Positions 55,759-64,000 of a stretch of DNA of 64,000 nt are shown here, piece by piece. This stretch comes from Chiayiivirga sp. (GTDB taxonomy: Bacteria; Pseudomonadota; Gammaproteobacteria; Xanthomonadales; Xanthomonadaceae). The notes under the pieces are model-generated. The model did no database searches. It had not been told where the DNA came from and saw only the letters and a program-made list of their open reading frames with translations. Both the position numbers and the translations under genes were made by a program. Location: NCBI RefSeq assembly GCF_022647565.1, contig NZ_JALCLA010000001.1. The stretch is one strand, 5' to 3'. The first letter of the stretch is position 1. Every line of letters begins with the position of its first letter.

Positions 55759-55952
55759 TGGCCTGCAACGGGTGACGCGAGCGTGGGCTTGCGACCGGAT
55801 GGGCGAACGAGCCGCCGTGCCGGAGCGAGGCCCGTAGCCGAAGTTGCGGGTTGAGTGCGGCGCAAGTACCGCGCGGCCAGACCGGGCGAGCCACTTTCGA
55901 TTTGCCTTGTGCAGGTCGCTAGACTGGATTGCCGCCCTGTCGATGCGATGCC

Positions 55953-56543
55953 ATGTCCGAACCGATCCGCCTACTCGCTTTCGCCGGCAGTCTCCGTGCC
56001 GGTTCGCTCAATCGCAAACTGATCCGCACCCTTGAAGCCGGCGCGAGCGCCGCGGGCGCGGAGGTCACGCACCTGGAGCTGCGCGACTGCCCGCTGCCGA
56101 TCTACGACGGTGACATCGAAGCGGCCGGCATGCCCGAGACGGTGCGTCGCCTGCAGCAGATGATGCGCGATCACGACGGCCTCTTGATCAGCACGCCCGA
56201 GTACAACGGTTCGATGCCGGCGCTGGTGAAGAACACGCTCGACTGGATCTCGCGACCGATGCTGGACGGCCGCTCCGGCACCGCGTTGTTCCGCGGCAAG
56301 GTGGCCGGAATCTGCTCGGCCTCGCCCGGCATGCTCGGCGGCATCCGTTCGCTGATCGTGCTGCGAGATGCGCTGGCCAAGCTCGGTTTGTGGGTGGCAC
56401 CGTCGCAAGTGGCGCTGGGCAACGCCGACAGCGCCTTCGACGCGAACGACGAGTTGCTCGATGCGAAACGACGCGAGGCAGTGCAGGCGGTTGCGCGGGA
56501 GACGGTGCGCGCGGCACAGGCGTTGCTGCGTCCGGAACGATGA
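55953..56543 (+). CDS. NAD(P)H-dependent FMN reductase family protein
   Basis: LLAFAGSLRAGSLNRKL...LLISTPEYNGSMPALVKNTLDW is the flavodoxin-like FMN-reductase signature. Confidence 0.82.
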   Translation: MSEPIRLLAFAGSLRAGSLNRKLIRTLEAGASAAGAEVTHLELRDCPLPIYDGDIEAAGMPETVRRLQQMMRDHDGLLISTPEYNGSMPALVKNTLDWISRPMLDGRSGTALFRGKVAGICSASPGMLGGIRSLIVLRDALAKLGLWVAPSQVALGNADSAFDANDELLDAKRREAVQAVARETVRAAQALLRPER

Positions 56544-56597
56544 TCTCGTGACGGGTGGCATCATCGCCACCCGCCGTGTCTTCCCGGGCGCGAGGTC

Positions 56598-57458
56598 TCA
56601 GCCGCCGCTTCTGGTGTTGATCTTCTTCACGAACCACTGGCCGTTCATCCGGCTGAGCTCGGCCGTGCCAGTCACTTTGCCGCCGTCTTCCTGACCTTCG
56701 AAATCCACCCAGGCGCTGTCGCCGTCGATGCTCCCGCCGATCACCTTGCTGATCCTGGGCGTGAACAATTTCGCCAACTCCAGCATCTTCGCGGCCTCGC
56801 CCGAGGCCTTGGCCTGTTCGATCTGCTTGCGCTTCTCCGGATGCGACAAGGCGATCATCTGGTCCAGGTTGCCAGCGTGGGTGGCATCCACCACGGCCTT
56901 GAGCGCCTTGCCTGGTTCGCCGCCATCGGCGGGTAGCGCGGTGCCGGGGCGTGTCAACGGGCCGAACGTCTGGATCGGCAGGTCGAACGTGACTTCCGCG
57001 GCGAGATCGTCGTCCGTGATCTTGAGCGTGCCGGCCACGTGCTTGTCGTCGCGCACGCTGAGCTTGAGGCTCTCGGCATAGTCGCTGCTGTAGCCGCCGC
57101 CACCGCCGAAACCGGTCTTGGTGCCGTGCCCGCCGTAGCCGCCGCTCTCATTGTCGACCGTGATGCTCAGCGATTGTCCGTCGTTGCCGTCGTCGTCCTT
57201 GAACTCCCACAAGTCGAAGCTGCCGAACTGGCCATCTTCGGCCCAGGCCGCGCGGTCGAACTCCTTCGAGGCGAACACGATCTTCAACTCGTCGCCATCG
57301 AGCGTCGCCACGGCATCGGCGACGGCCCAGTGGGCGTCGTCGATGCTGACCTTGCCGTTGGCGCCGGATTTGGCCAGGGCCGGCGTGGCGCCCAGGACGA
57401 GCAGGGCTGCGAGCAGGGCTGATTTGAGCGGCGTGGAAGCGAGCGGTGCGGATTGCAT
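56598..57458 (-). CDS. Secreted Gly/Asp-rich hypothetical protein
   Basis: Signal peptide MQSAPLASTPLKSALLAALLVLGATPALA; internal GGYGGHGTKTGFGGGGGYSSDY low-complexity segment. Confidence 0.55.
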   Translation of the reverse strand: MQSAPLASTPLKSALLAALLVLGATPALAKSGANGKVSIDDAHWAVADAVATLDGDELKIVFASKEFDRAAWAEDGQFGSFDLWEFKDDDGNDGQSLSITVDNESGGYGGHGTKTGFGGGGGYSSDYAESLKLSVRDDKHVAGTLKITDDDLAAEVTFDLPIQTFGPLTRPGTALPADGGEPGKALKAVVDATHAGNLDQMIALSHPEKRKQIEQAKASGEAAKMLELAKLFTPRISKVIGGSIDGDSAWVDFEGQEDGGKVTGTAELSRMNGQWFVKKINTRSGG

Positions 57459-57587
57459 GACGATCTCCCGGTGGTCGGCGGCAGGGGCAGCCGTCTGCAC
57501 AACAGAACGTCGAGGCTGGGCCCAAGCGGACACGGCGAACGCGGTGCGAGCGGTTAGACTCGCGACGGCCATTCCTACGAGCAACGC

Positions 57588-58907
57588 ATGTCAGACGCCG
57601 CCGTCGCCGCCTCCGATCTTCGCGCCAGGCATCCGGCCGACGTGCCGCCGGTGCAGCGGCGTGAAATCGTGGCCTGGGCCTTTTTCGACTTCGCCAACTC
57701 CGGCTACACCACGGTGGTGATCACCGCGGTGTTCAACGCCTTCTTCGTGAGCGTGATCGCGGGCAAGGCGAGCTGGGCAACCCTGGCCTGGACCCTCGCG
57801 CTCTCGATGTCCTACCTGCTCAACGTGCTGACCGCGCCCTTCATCGGGGCCTGGGCCGACCTGCGCGCGCAAAAGAAGAAGCTGCTCGTGGTAAGCACCG
57901 GCCTGTGCGTGCTCGGCACTGCCGGGCTGGCGCTGTGCGGGCCGGGCGACGTGGCCCTGGCCCTGGGGATCGTTGTCATCGGCAACTTCGCCTTCGGCAT
58001 GGGCGAGAACCTGATCGCGGCCTTCCTGCCGGAGCTGGTGAAGCCGGAGGCCATGGGCAAGGTGTCGGGCTGGGGCTGGGGCCTGGGTTATCTCGGCGGC
58101 CTGCTGGTGCTGGCGCTGTGCTTGTGGTGGATCCAGTCGAATGCGGCGCCGACGGCAACCACCGTGCCGCAGACCATGCTGATCACGGCCCTTGCGTTCG
58201 CGCTTGCCGTGCTGCCGACGATGTTGTTGCTGCGCGAGCGTGCACGACCACAATCGGTGTCGAATACGGAGGTCTGGAGCCTCGCCAAATCGCGCGTGCT
58301 GGACGCCTTGCGCGGCGGCCACGGGCTGGCCGACCTGCGCCAGTTCCTCTGGTGCATCGTGGCCTATCAGGCCGGCGTGCAGACCGTGATCGCGCTGGCG
58401 GCGATCTACACCGAACAGGCGCTCGGCTTCTCCACCGCCGACAGCATCAAGCTGATCCTGCTGGTGAACGTGACGGCGGCCGCGGGGGCCTTCGTGTTCG
58501 GATGGATTCAGGACCGCCTCGGACATCGCCTCACCCTGTCGATCACCCTGGTCGGCTGGCTCATCGCCATTGCGCTGCTGTTCCTGTCCGAAACGCGGCC
58601 CATGGTCTGGCTGGCGGCGAACGTCGCGGGCCTGTGCCTGGGCGCGTCGCAATCGGCGGGTCGGGCATTGGTGGGCTATCTCTGCCCGCCTTCGCGCGAA
58701 GCCGAAATCTTCGGCCTGTGGGGCCTCGCGGTGAAGGCCGCGTCGATCCTCGGCCCGCTCAGCTATGGCGTGGTGAACGTGCTCACCTCCGGCAACCATC
58801 GGATGTCGATCGCGGTGACTGCGGTGTTCTTCGTGTTCGGCCTGATCCTGCTGATGCGCGTGGATGTGAAGCGCGGGCACGCCGCCGCGCACGGGGCGCC
58901 GGACTGA
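57588..58907 (+). CDS. MFS transporter (UMF1/Atg22-like subfamily)
   Basis: 12 TM; N-terminus FFDFANSGYTTVVITAVF. Confidence 0.8.
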   Translation: MSDAAVAASDLRARHPADVPPVQRREIVAWAFFDFANSGYTTVVITAVFNAFFVSVIAGKASWATLAWTLALSMSYLLNVLTAPFIGAWADLRAQKKKLLVVSTGLCVLGTAGLALCGPGDVALALGIVVIGNFAFGMGENLIAAFLPELVKPEAMGKVSGWGWGLGYLGGLLVLALCLWWIQSNAAPTATTVPQTMLITALAFALAVLPTMLLLRERARPQSVSNTEVWSLAKSRVLDALRGGHGLADLRQFLWCIVAYQAGVQTVIALAAIYTEQALGFSTADSIKLILLVNVTAAAGAFVFGWIQDRLGHRLTLSITLVGWLIAIALLFLSETRPMVWLAANVAGLCLGASQSAGRALVGYLCPPSREAEIFGLWGLAVKAASILGPLSYGVVNVLTSGNHRMSIAVTAVFFVFGLILLMRVDVKRGHAAAHGAPD

Positions 58908-58922
58908 GGAGTGTGCTGACCC

Positions 58923-59738
58923 TCAGCGCATCCGCTCCGCCCAGCGTTGGGCCAAGCTGCGGTCGAAGACTTCGCTTGCCAGCAAGCCGCCCAGCGCGGT
59001 CAGCGGCGTCAGCGCGGCCTGCATGGCGTCGCTCGCGACGCGGCCCTGATGGATCGCGCTGTTCAGCGCATTGAGTGCGGCCTGCGGCTGCAATTGTGCG
59101 ATATCGGGCACGCGCTGGCGCAGTGCTGCGAGTCGTGCATCGTCGATGGCGGGCAACGCTGCGCGCGCTTGTTCGATGCGCTGGCGCAGGTCGTCCAGTT
59201 CGGAAGCGATGAATTCCACGTCCACCAGGTCGGTGCTCACGCGCAGGCGCCGGAACGGCCAGCGCGAGCGCCGCTCCAGCGTCTGGATGCTGGGCAGGAA
59301 AATGCTCGCCGCGCCATGCAGGCGATTGGCGCGATGCGCCTTGAACAGCAGGCGCAGATCGGTGAGGTGGAGCGCGCCGCCGATCACTTCCTTGCGCTGC
59401 AGGCCGGCCAGGAACATCAGGTCGCCCAGCGCGAACGGCCGCAAGCCGAAATCACGTGGATCGAGCACGAGATTCGCGAGGCCACTGTGGAGCAGGCGCT
59501 CGCCTGGCAGCAGATCGGTGGGGTCGAGTTCGATCTGCCGGCGGGTCCAGCCCAGCCGCAGGAACGCGAGGATCAGCAAGGCGAACAACAGGCCGCTGCC
59601 AATCGCAGAACCCAGGCCAAGGAGTGCCGCGACGGTGATGCTACTGCCCTTGCTCCATGCGAGCCAGGCGAAGAAGGGACCCATGAGTGCGCCGTAGAGC
59701 GATCCCGCCGTAACCAGGGTTCGGAGCGAAGTGGGCAT
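58923..59738 (-). CDS. Hypothetical membrane protein with a C-terminal soluble domain
   Basis: Start at the internal ATG 59738 (MPTSLRTLV...), since the track extension runs into MITE copy 2. 2-3 N-terminal TM. Confidence 0.55.
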   Translation of the reverse strand: MPTSLRTLVTAGSLYGALMGPFFAWLAWSKGSSITVAALLGLGSAIGSGLLFALLILAFLRLGWTRRQIELDPTDLLPGERLLHSGLANLVLDPRDFGLRPFALGDLMFLAGLQRKEVIGGALHLTDLRLLFKAHRANRLHGAASIFLPSIQTLERRSRWPFRRLRVSTDLVDVEFIASELDDLRQRIEQARAALPAIDDARLAALRQRVPDIAQLQPQAALNALNSAIHQGRVASDAMQAALTPLTALGGLLASEVFDRSLAQRWAERMR

Positions 59739-59812
59739 GGGTTTGCCGGTCGGGCAGGGCGCGAGAGCATAGCGACATTGCGCCGCCCATGTGCTGGCCA
59801 CCCGGCCTTTCG

Positions 59813-59981
59813 AGCTTTGCGCAAATGGTTGACGAGAGACTGGGCGTCCTTCGACTTCGGCCTCTTCGCGGCCTACGCTCAGGATGAGCGGCATTCGCGA
59901 ACCCCGCTCATCCTGAGCGTAGCGCCCAAGGCGCGAAGTCGAAGGACGCGGGCTGTCAATCAATTACGCAAGTCTCAATGG
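59813..59981. mobile_element. MITE family A, copy 2 (no insert), with nested long stem-loops
   Basis: About 90% identical to the 24662-24866 copy. The right terminal repeat TTACGCAAGTCTCAATGG contains the TGA stop (minus strand, 59975-59977) of the NlpC/P60 gene. Confidence 0.6.
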
Positions 59982-60493
59982 CGCAGCACGCGCTTGGCGT
60001 AGAGATAGGTGTCCTTCCAGTACGGTCCGTCGAGCGCATCCAGCCGCACGGTGCCGCCAGCGTTGGGCGCATGCACGAAGCGGCCTTCGCCGACGTAGAT
60101 GCCGACGTGATTGATCGCGCCCTTGCCGAAGAACACGAGGTCGCCCGGAGCGAGGCGCGTGCGCTTCACCGTGGGCGCGTCGATCGCGCCGATCTCGCGC
60201 GAGGCGCGTGGCAGGGTGACGCCGGCGGCATCGCGGAACACATAGCCCACCAGGCCGCTGCAATCGAATCCGCCTTCCGGCGTGTTGCCGCCGTAGCGAT
60301 AGGGCGTGCCCACCAGGCCCAGGGCACGGAACAGCACGTCGTTGGCGCGCGCCGGATCGCCGCGCGGCGCCGCGACCGTGGCTCGCGCGGTGCCGCGTTC
60401 GGGTGCACTGGCGCAGCCATGCAGCAGGATCAGCAGCCCCAATGCCGAAAGCCAGCGGGAACAGCCGTACGCGTGGTTCGTAAAGCGGAGCAT
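59975..60493 (-). CDS. NlpC/P60 family peptidoglycan endopeptidase lipoprotein
   Basis: Lipobox LLHGCA; catalytic Cys in FDCSGLV; a conserved His later. Confidence 0.85.
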   Translation of the reverse strand: MLRFTNHAYGCSRWLSALGLLILLHGCASAPERGTARATVAAPRGDPARANDVLFRALGLVGTPYRYGGNTPEGGFDCSGLVGYVFRDAAGVTLPRASREIGAIDAPTVKRTRLAPGDLVFFGKGAINHVGIYVGEGRFVHAPNAGGTVRLDALDGPYWKDTYLYAKRVLRH

Positions 60494-60671
60494 GCGCGCA
60501 CGCTGTGGCAATCGGGCGGGGCTGTCAATCCTGTGCCGGCAGCGGCCAGGTCACGGTTCGCATCCTCACCGATGTGCGCGGACCGCCGCGGCCTCGCGGA
60601 TTCGCGGCACAGGTGCCGGCGCACGGGATTGCCGCTATCCTGCGCACCCTTTTCCCTGCCTTGCCGCTGCC

Positions 60672-61157
60672 ATGAAGATCGAGAAAGACCGCGTCGTCCG
60701 TTTCCACTACACCTTGTTCGATGCCGATGCCGGTGTTGAACTGGAATCCTCGCGCGGACGCGATGCGCTCGCGTTCCTGGCCGGTCGCGGCGGCATCATT
60801 CCGGGCCTGGAAGCGGCATTCGACGGCAAGCAAGCGGGCGAGAGCTTCGAGACCACGGTGGCACCGGAGCAAGCCTACGGCCCGCGCCACGAGAACGCGG
60901 TGCAGCGCATCCCGAAGAAGCACTTCACCCATTCGCGCCTGGTGCCCGGCGCGACCGTGATGCTGCGCACCGACCAGGGTCCGCGCGTGGTGGTGGTGAA
61001 GAAGGTTGGCATGTCGGTGGTGGACGTCGACCTGAACCACCCGATGGCCGGCAAGAACCTGCGCTTTGCAGTGGACGTGGTTGAAGTGCGCGAAGCCACC
61101 GCGGAAGAGATCGCGCACGGTCATGCGCACGGCGACGGCGGCCACAAGCACGATTGA
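60672..61157 (+). CDS. slyD: FKBP-type peptidyl-prolyl isomerase SlyD with His-rich metal-binding tail
   Basis: VVRFHYTLF...; IF-domain insert; C-terminal HGHAHGDGGHKHD. Confidence 0.88.
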   Translation: MKIEKDRVVRFHYTLFDADAGVELESSRGRDALAFLAGRGGIIPGLEAAFDGKQAGESFETTVAPEQAYGPRHENAVQRIPKKHFTHSRLVPGATVMLRTDQGPRVVVVKKVGMSVVDVDLNHPMAGKNLRFAVDVVEVREATAEEIAHGHAHGDGGHKHD

Positions 61158-61182
61158 TCGCATCGAACCGGCGTCATCGCGC

Positions 61183-62421
61183 ATGAGCCGCGCGGCCTAC
61201 GCGCCGCTGGCCGGGAACGAGCGCTACGCCGCGATGGATGCCGTGCGGGGCTTCGCCCTGCTCGGCATCGCGCTGATGAACATCGAGTTCTTCGCGCGCC
61301 CCCTGCAGGGCGTGATGCTCGGCTTCGACGCGAATCTTTCCGGCCCGGACCGCGCCGTGGGCTGGCTGATCGCGGCCTTCGTGCAGGGCAAGTTCTGGAC
61401 CCTGTTCTCCTTGCTGTTCGGCATGGGCTATGCCCTGATGCTCAAGCGCGCCGATGCACTGCCGGCCGACCCGGAGTTCCACCGGGTCTATGCGCGCCGG
61501 CTCGGCGTGTTGCTGCTGTTCGGGCTGCTGCATGCCAGCTTGTTGTGGGCGGGTGACATCCTGGTGTCCTACGCACTGGGTGGCTTTGCGCTGCTGCTGT
61601 TGTTCCGCAATACGCCGACGCCGCAGCTGCCGCTGGTAGGTCTGGCGCTGTACGGGATTCCCTGTGCCTTGCTGTGGATGGGTTCGGCCGTGTTCACCCT
61701 CGCGCAACTGCATCCCGACTCCGGCGCGGCCATCAGCCAGGATGCCAGCGCGAGCGCGGCCGAACTGCACGCGGCCTATGCGCAGGCCGAGCGCGTGTAT
61801 CGCGAAGGCAGCTACTTCGATGCCGTAGTGCAACGGATGCGCGACAGCGCAATGCAATGGCAGTGGCTGCCGATGGTGCTGCCGTCGATCGTTGGCGTGT
61901 TCCTGCTCGGGATGTGGTTCGTGCGCGCGGGGGTGATGCCCGACCCGAACGCGCACGGTCGCCTGCTGCGCCGGATGTGCGGGATCGCGGGTCCGGTTGG
62001 CGCGGTGCTGGCGGTGCTGGGGATGCAGCACCTCGAACACGCCGACATGACGACGCCCACACTGATGCTGGCGGCCGCCACCACCGCGATGATGGCCGCG
62101 AGCCTGCTGCTGTGCCTGGCCTACCTCTCGGGCCTGTTGCTGCTGATGCGTGCGCCGCGCACGCGCCTGCAGCGCTGGCTGGCGCCCGCGGGGCGCATGG
62201 CCTTGAGCAACTACCTGTTGCAATCGCTGGTCTTCAGCACGCTGTTCTACGGCTATGGATGGGGCTGGGCGGGCGAGGTCGGTCGGGCGCAGCAAGCCGG
62301 ACTGGTGCTGGTGGTGTTCGCGCTACAACTCGTGGCCAGCCGCGCGTGGCTGACGCATTTCCGCTACGGGCCGATCGAATGGCTGTGGCGCGTTGGCACC
62401 TACGGACGCGTGCCGCCGTGA
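61183..62421 (+). CDS. DUF418 (YeiB-like) membrane protein
   Basis: ~10 TM; N-terminus MDAVRGFALLGIALMNIEFF and a C-terminal DUF418-like region (ALSNYLLQSLVF...YGPIEWLWR). Confidence 0.8.
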   Translation: MSRAAYAPLAGNERYAAMDAVRGFALLGIALMNIEFFARPLQGVMLGFDANLSGPDRAVGWLIAAFVQGKFWTLFSLLFGMGYALMLKRADALPADPEFHRVYARRLGVLLLFGLLHASLLWAGDILVSYALGGFALLLLFRNTPTPQLPLVGLALYGIPCALLWMGSAVFTLAQLHPDSGAAISQDASASAAELHAAYAQAERVYREGSYFDAVVQRMRDSAMQWQWLPMVLPSIVGVFLLGMWFVRAGVMPDPNAHGRLLRRMCGIAGPVGAVLAVLGMQHLEHADMTTPTLMLAAATTAMMAASLLLCLAYLSGLLLLMRAPRTRLQRWLAPAGRMALSNYLLQSLVFSTLFYGYGWGWAGEVGRAQQAGLVLVVFALQLVASRAWLTHFRYGPIEWLWRVGTYGRVPP

Positions 62422-62435
62422 CGGTGCTGACGACT

Positions 62436-62563
62436 ATTGAGACTTGCCAAATGGATAGACACGGCCATGAGCCGTAGTAGAGCCGGGCTCGCCCGGCTTG
62501 AGCGGGGCAAGCGCCGCTCTACGAAAGCAAGGCATCGCGTGAGTCATTTGCGCAAGTCTCGAT
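62436..62563. mobile_element. MITE family A-related element, copy 3 (same terminal inverted repeats, different hairpin-rich interior)
   Basis: Left terminal repeat ATTGAGACTTGCCAAATGG, right terminal repeat CATTTGCGCAAGTCTCGAT (its reverse complement). The right repeat encodes the last 6 codons and the stop of glpK. Confidence 0.5.
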
Positions 62564-64000
62564 CGTCCGCCGCGACGCCGAACGCCAGCGCCGCGTCGAC
62601 TGCGCGCTTCCAGCCGGCGTAGAGCCGGTCGCGGCGCGTTGCATCCATCTGCGGCACGAAGCGTCGTTCGAGCTGCCAACATCGCGCAATCTCCGCGCGG
62701 CTTGCCCAGATCCCCACCGCCAAGCCGGCAAGATAGGCCGCGCCGAGCACCGAGGCCTCATTGATGCGCGGCCGCTCCAGCGGCGTATCGAGCAGGTCGG
62801 CCTGAAACTGCGCGAGAAAATCGTTTGCGATGGCGCCGCCGTCCGCGCGCAAGGTGGTGAGCCTGGCGCCGGCGTCGGCCTGCATTGCATCGAGTACGTC
62901 GCGGGTCTGGTAGGCGAGGGATTCGAGCACGGCGCGCACGAACTGGTCGCGGCTGGTGCCGCGCGTGAGGCCGAACATCGCGCCGCGCGCATCGCTGCGC
63001 CAGTACGGCGCGCCGAGCCCCACGAAGGCCGGCACGAAGTACACGCCATCGGTACCTCCCGCGCTTTCGGCGCAGGCCTGCGACTCGCGTGCCGACTCGA
63101 TCAGGCGCAAGCCGTCGCGCAGCCATTGCAAGGCCGAGCCTGCGACGAAGACGCTGCCTTCCAGGGCGTACTCGACCTCGCCGCCCAGATCCCAGGCGAT
63201 GGTGCCGAGCAGGCCGTGTTGCGAACGCACCGCCTGCTTGCCGGTGTGCATCAGCAGGAAGCAGCCGGTGCCGTAGGTGACCTTCGCCATGCCCGGTGCA
63301 AAGCAGGCCTGCCCGAACAAGGCCGCCTGCTGGTCGCCAGCGATGCCGGCGATCGGCACGCGCCGTCCCAGCACGCCATTGGCGTCGGTATGCGCGTAGA
63401 CCTCGCTGCAGGAACGCACTTCCGGCAGCATCGCGGCGGGAATATCGAAGGCGCGCAGCAGCTCCGGGCACCAGCGACGGGCGTGGATGTCGTAGAGCAA
63501 GGTGCGAGCGGCGTTGCTGGCGTCGGTGGCATGTACGCGCTGCCCCGACAGGTTCCACAGCAGCCAGGTATCGATGGTGCCGAACAGCAGCTCGCCGCGC
63601 GCGGCGCGTTCGCGCGCGCCCGGCACGGTATCGAGCAGCCAGCGGATCTTGCTGGCGGAGAAGTATGCGTCGAGCACCAGTCCGGTGCGCTCGCGCACCA
63701 GCGGCTCCAGGCCTTCGGATTCCCAGCGCGCGCAGATCGACGCGGACTGGCGCGACTGCCACACGATGGCGCGATGGATCGGCTCGCCGCTGCGGCGATC
63801 CCACAGCACCGTCGTTTCGCGCTGGTTGGTGATGCCGATCGCGGCGAGTTGCGCCGGGTCGACGTGGGCGCGCGCCAGCACGTCGACCATGCTCGACTGC
63901 ACGCTGGCGAGGATCTCGCGCGGGTCGTGCTCGACCCATCCCGGCTGCGGGAAATGCTGCGTGAACTCGCGTTGCGCGACACCCACGATTGCGCCCGCGA
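62544..64000 (-). CDS. glpK: Glycerol kinase GlpK (N-terminus beyond the window end)
   Basis: Near-complete colinearity with canonical GlpK ([19 protein letters not shown], GITNQRETT, GTxxTWLx[21 protein letters not shown]). The window ends about 20 codons short of the start. Confidence 0.92.
   Translation of the reverse strand, partial: AGAIVGVAQREFTQHFPQPGWVEHDPREILASVQSSMVDVLARAHVDPAQLAAIGITNQRETTVLWDRRSGEPIHRAIVWQSRQSASICARWESEGLEPLVRERTGLVLDAYFSASKIRWLLDTVPGARERAARGELLFGTIDTWLLWNLSGQRVHATDASNAARTLLYDIHARRWCPELLRAFDIPAAMLPEVRSCSEVYAHTDANGVLGRRVPIAGIAGDQQAALFGQACFAPGMAKVTYGTGCFLLMHTGKQAVRSQHGLLGTIAWDLGGEVEYALEGSVFVAGSALQWLRDGLRLIESARESQACAESAGGTDGVYFVPAFVGLGAPYWRSDARGAMFGLTRGTSRDQFVRAVLESLAYQTRDVLDAMQADAGARLTTLRADGGAIANDFLAQFQADLLDTPLERPRINEASVLGAAYLAGLAVGIWASRAEIARCWQLERRFVPQMDATRRDRLYAGWKRAVDAALAFGVAADDRDLRK

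Noticed and set aside
1-64000. CRISPR arrays, tRNA/rRNA genes, integrases/transposases, prophage or defence-system genes
   Set aside because: No spacer-repeat periodicity, no tRNA-like T-loop or anticodon structures in the larger intergenic gaps, and no recombinase or nuclease signatures were seen by eye. The repeat families found are hairpin MITE-like, not CRISPR.

Overview
High-GC (about 67-70%) gammaproteobacterial chromosome segment, probably from a Xanthomonadaceae/Rhodanobacter-like denitrifier. Coding density is about 90%. No rRNA or tRNA genes, CRISPR arrays or transposase/integrase genes were recognised. The first ~23 kb is an anaerobic/microaerobic respiration island: hemN (partial), an FNR-type regulator, cytochrome b561, quinol-dependent NO reductase (qNOR), nnrS, and a divergent DUF2249 gene plus a small Cys-rich protein. 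It continues with an alginate-export-type outer-membrane porin, lipoprotein NirK with a fused cytochrome c domain, nirV, a SCO1/SenC copper chaperone, ccoNOQP, ccoGHIS, a second FNR paralogue and a HiPIP. Eight FNR-type palindromes (TTGAT/C-N4-ATCAA-like) sit in front of these genes. The remaining ~40 kb is largely housekeeping or accessory: an AraC regulator, a TRASH mini-protein, a DUF3667 protein, an HExxH+TPM lipoprotein, cyclophilin, acyl-CoA dehydrogenase, a flotillin-like protein, a GntR-ABC transporter operon, KefB, SrkA, pirin, PhaZ, DeaD and RhlE helicases, NUDIX, a GltP-like symporter, SlyD, NlpC/P60 and GlpK (partial). The most unusual sequence-level features are two families of hairpin-rich miniature inverted-repeat elements. 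One is a ~510 bp element with ~80 nt terminal inverted repeats lying between the ccoNOQP and ccoGHIS clusters. The other is a three-copy MITE family whose terminal repeat supplies the stop codon, and in one case the last codons, of adjacent genes (an NlpC/P60 gene and glpK). All functional calls rest on motif and family recognition by eye; no database searches were run.
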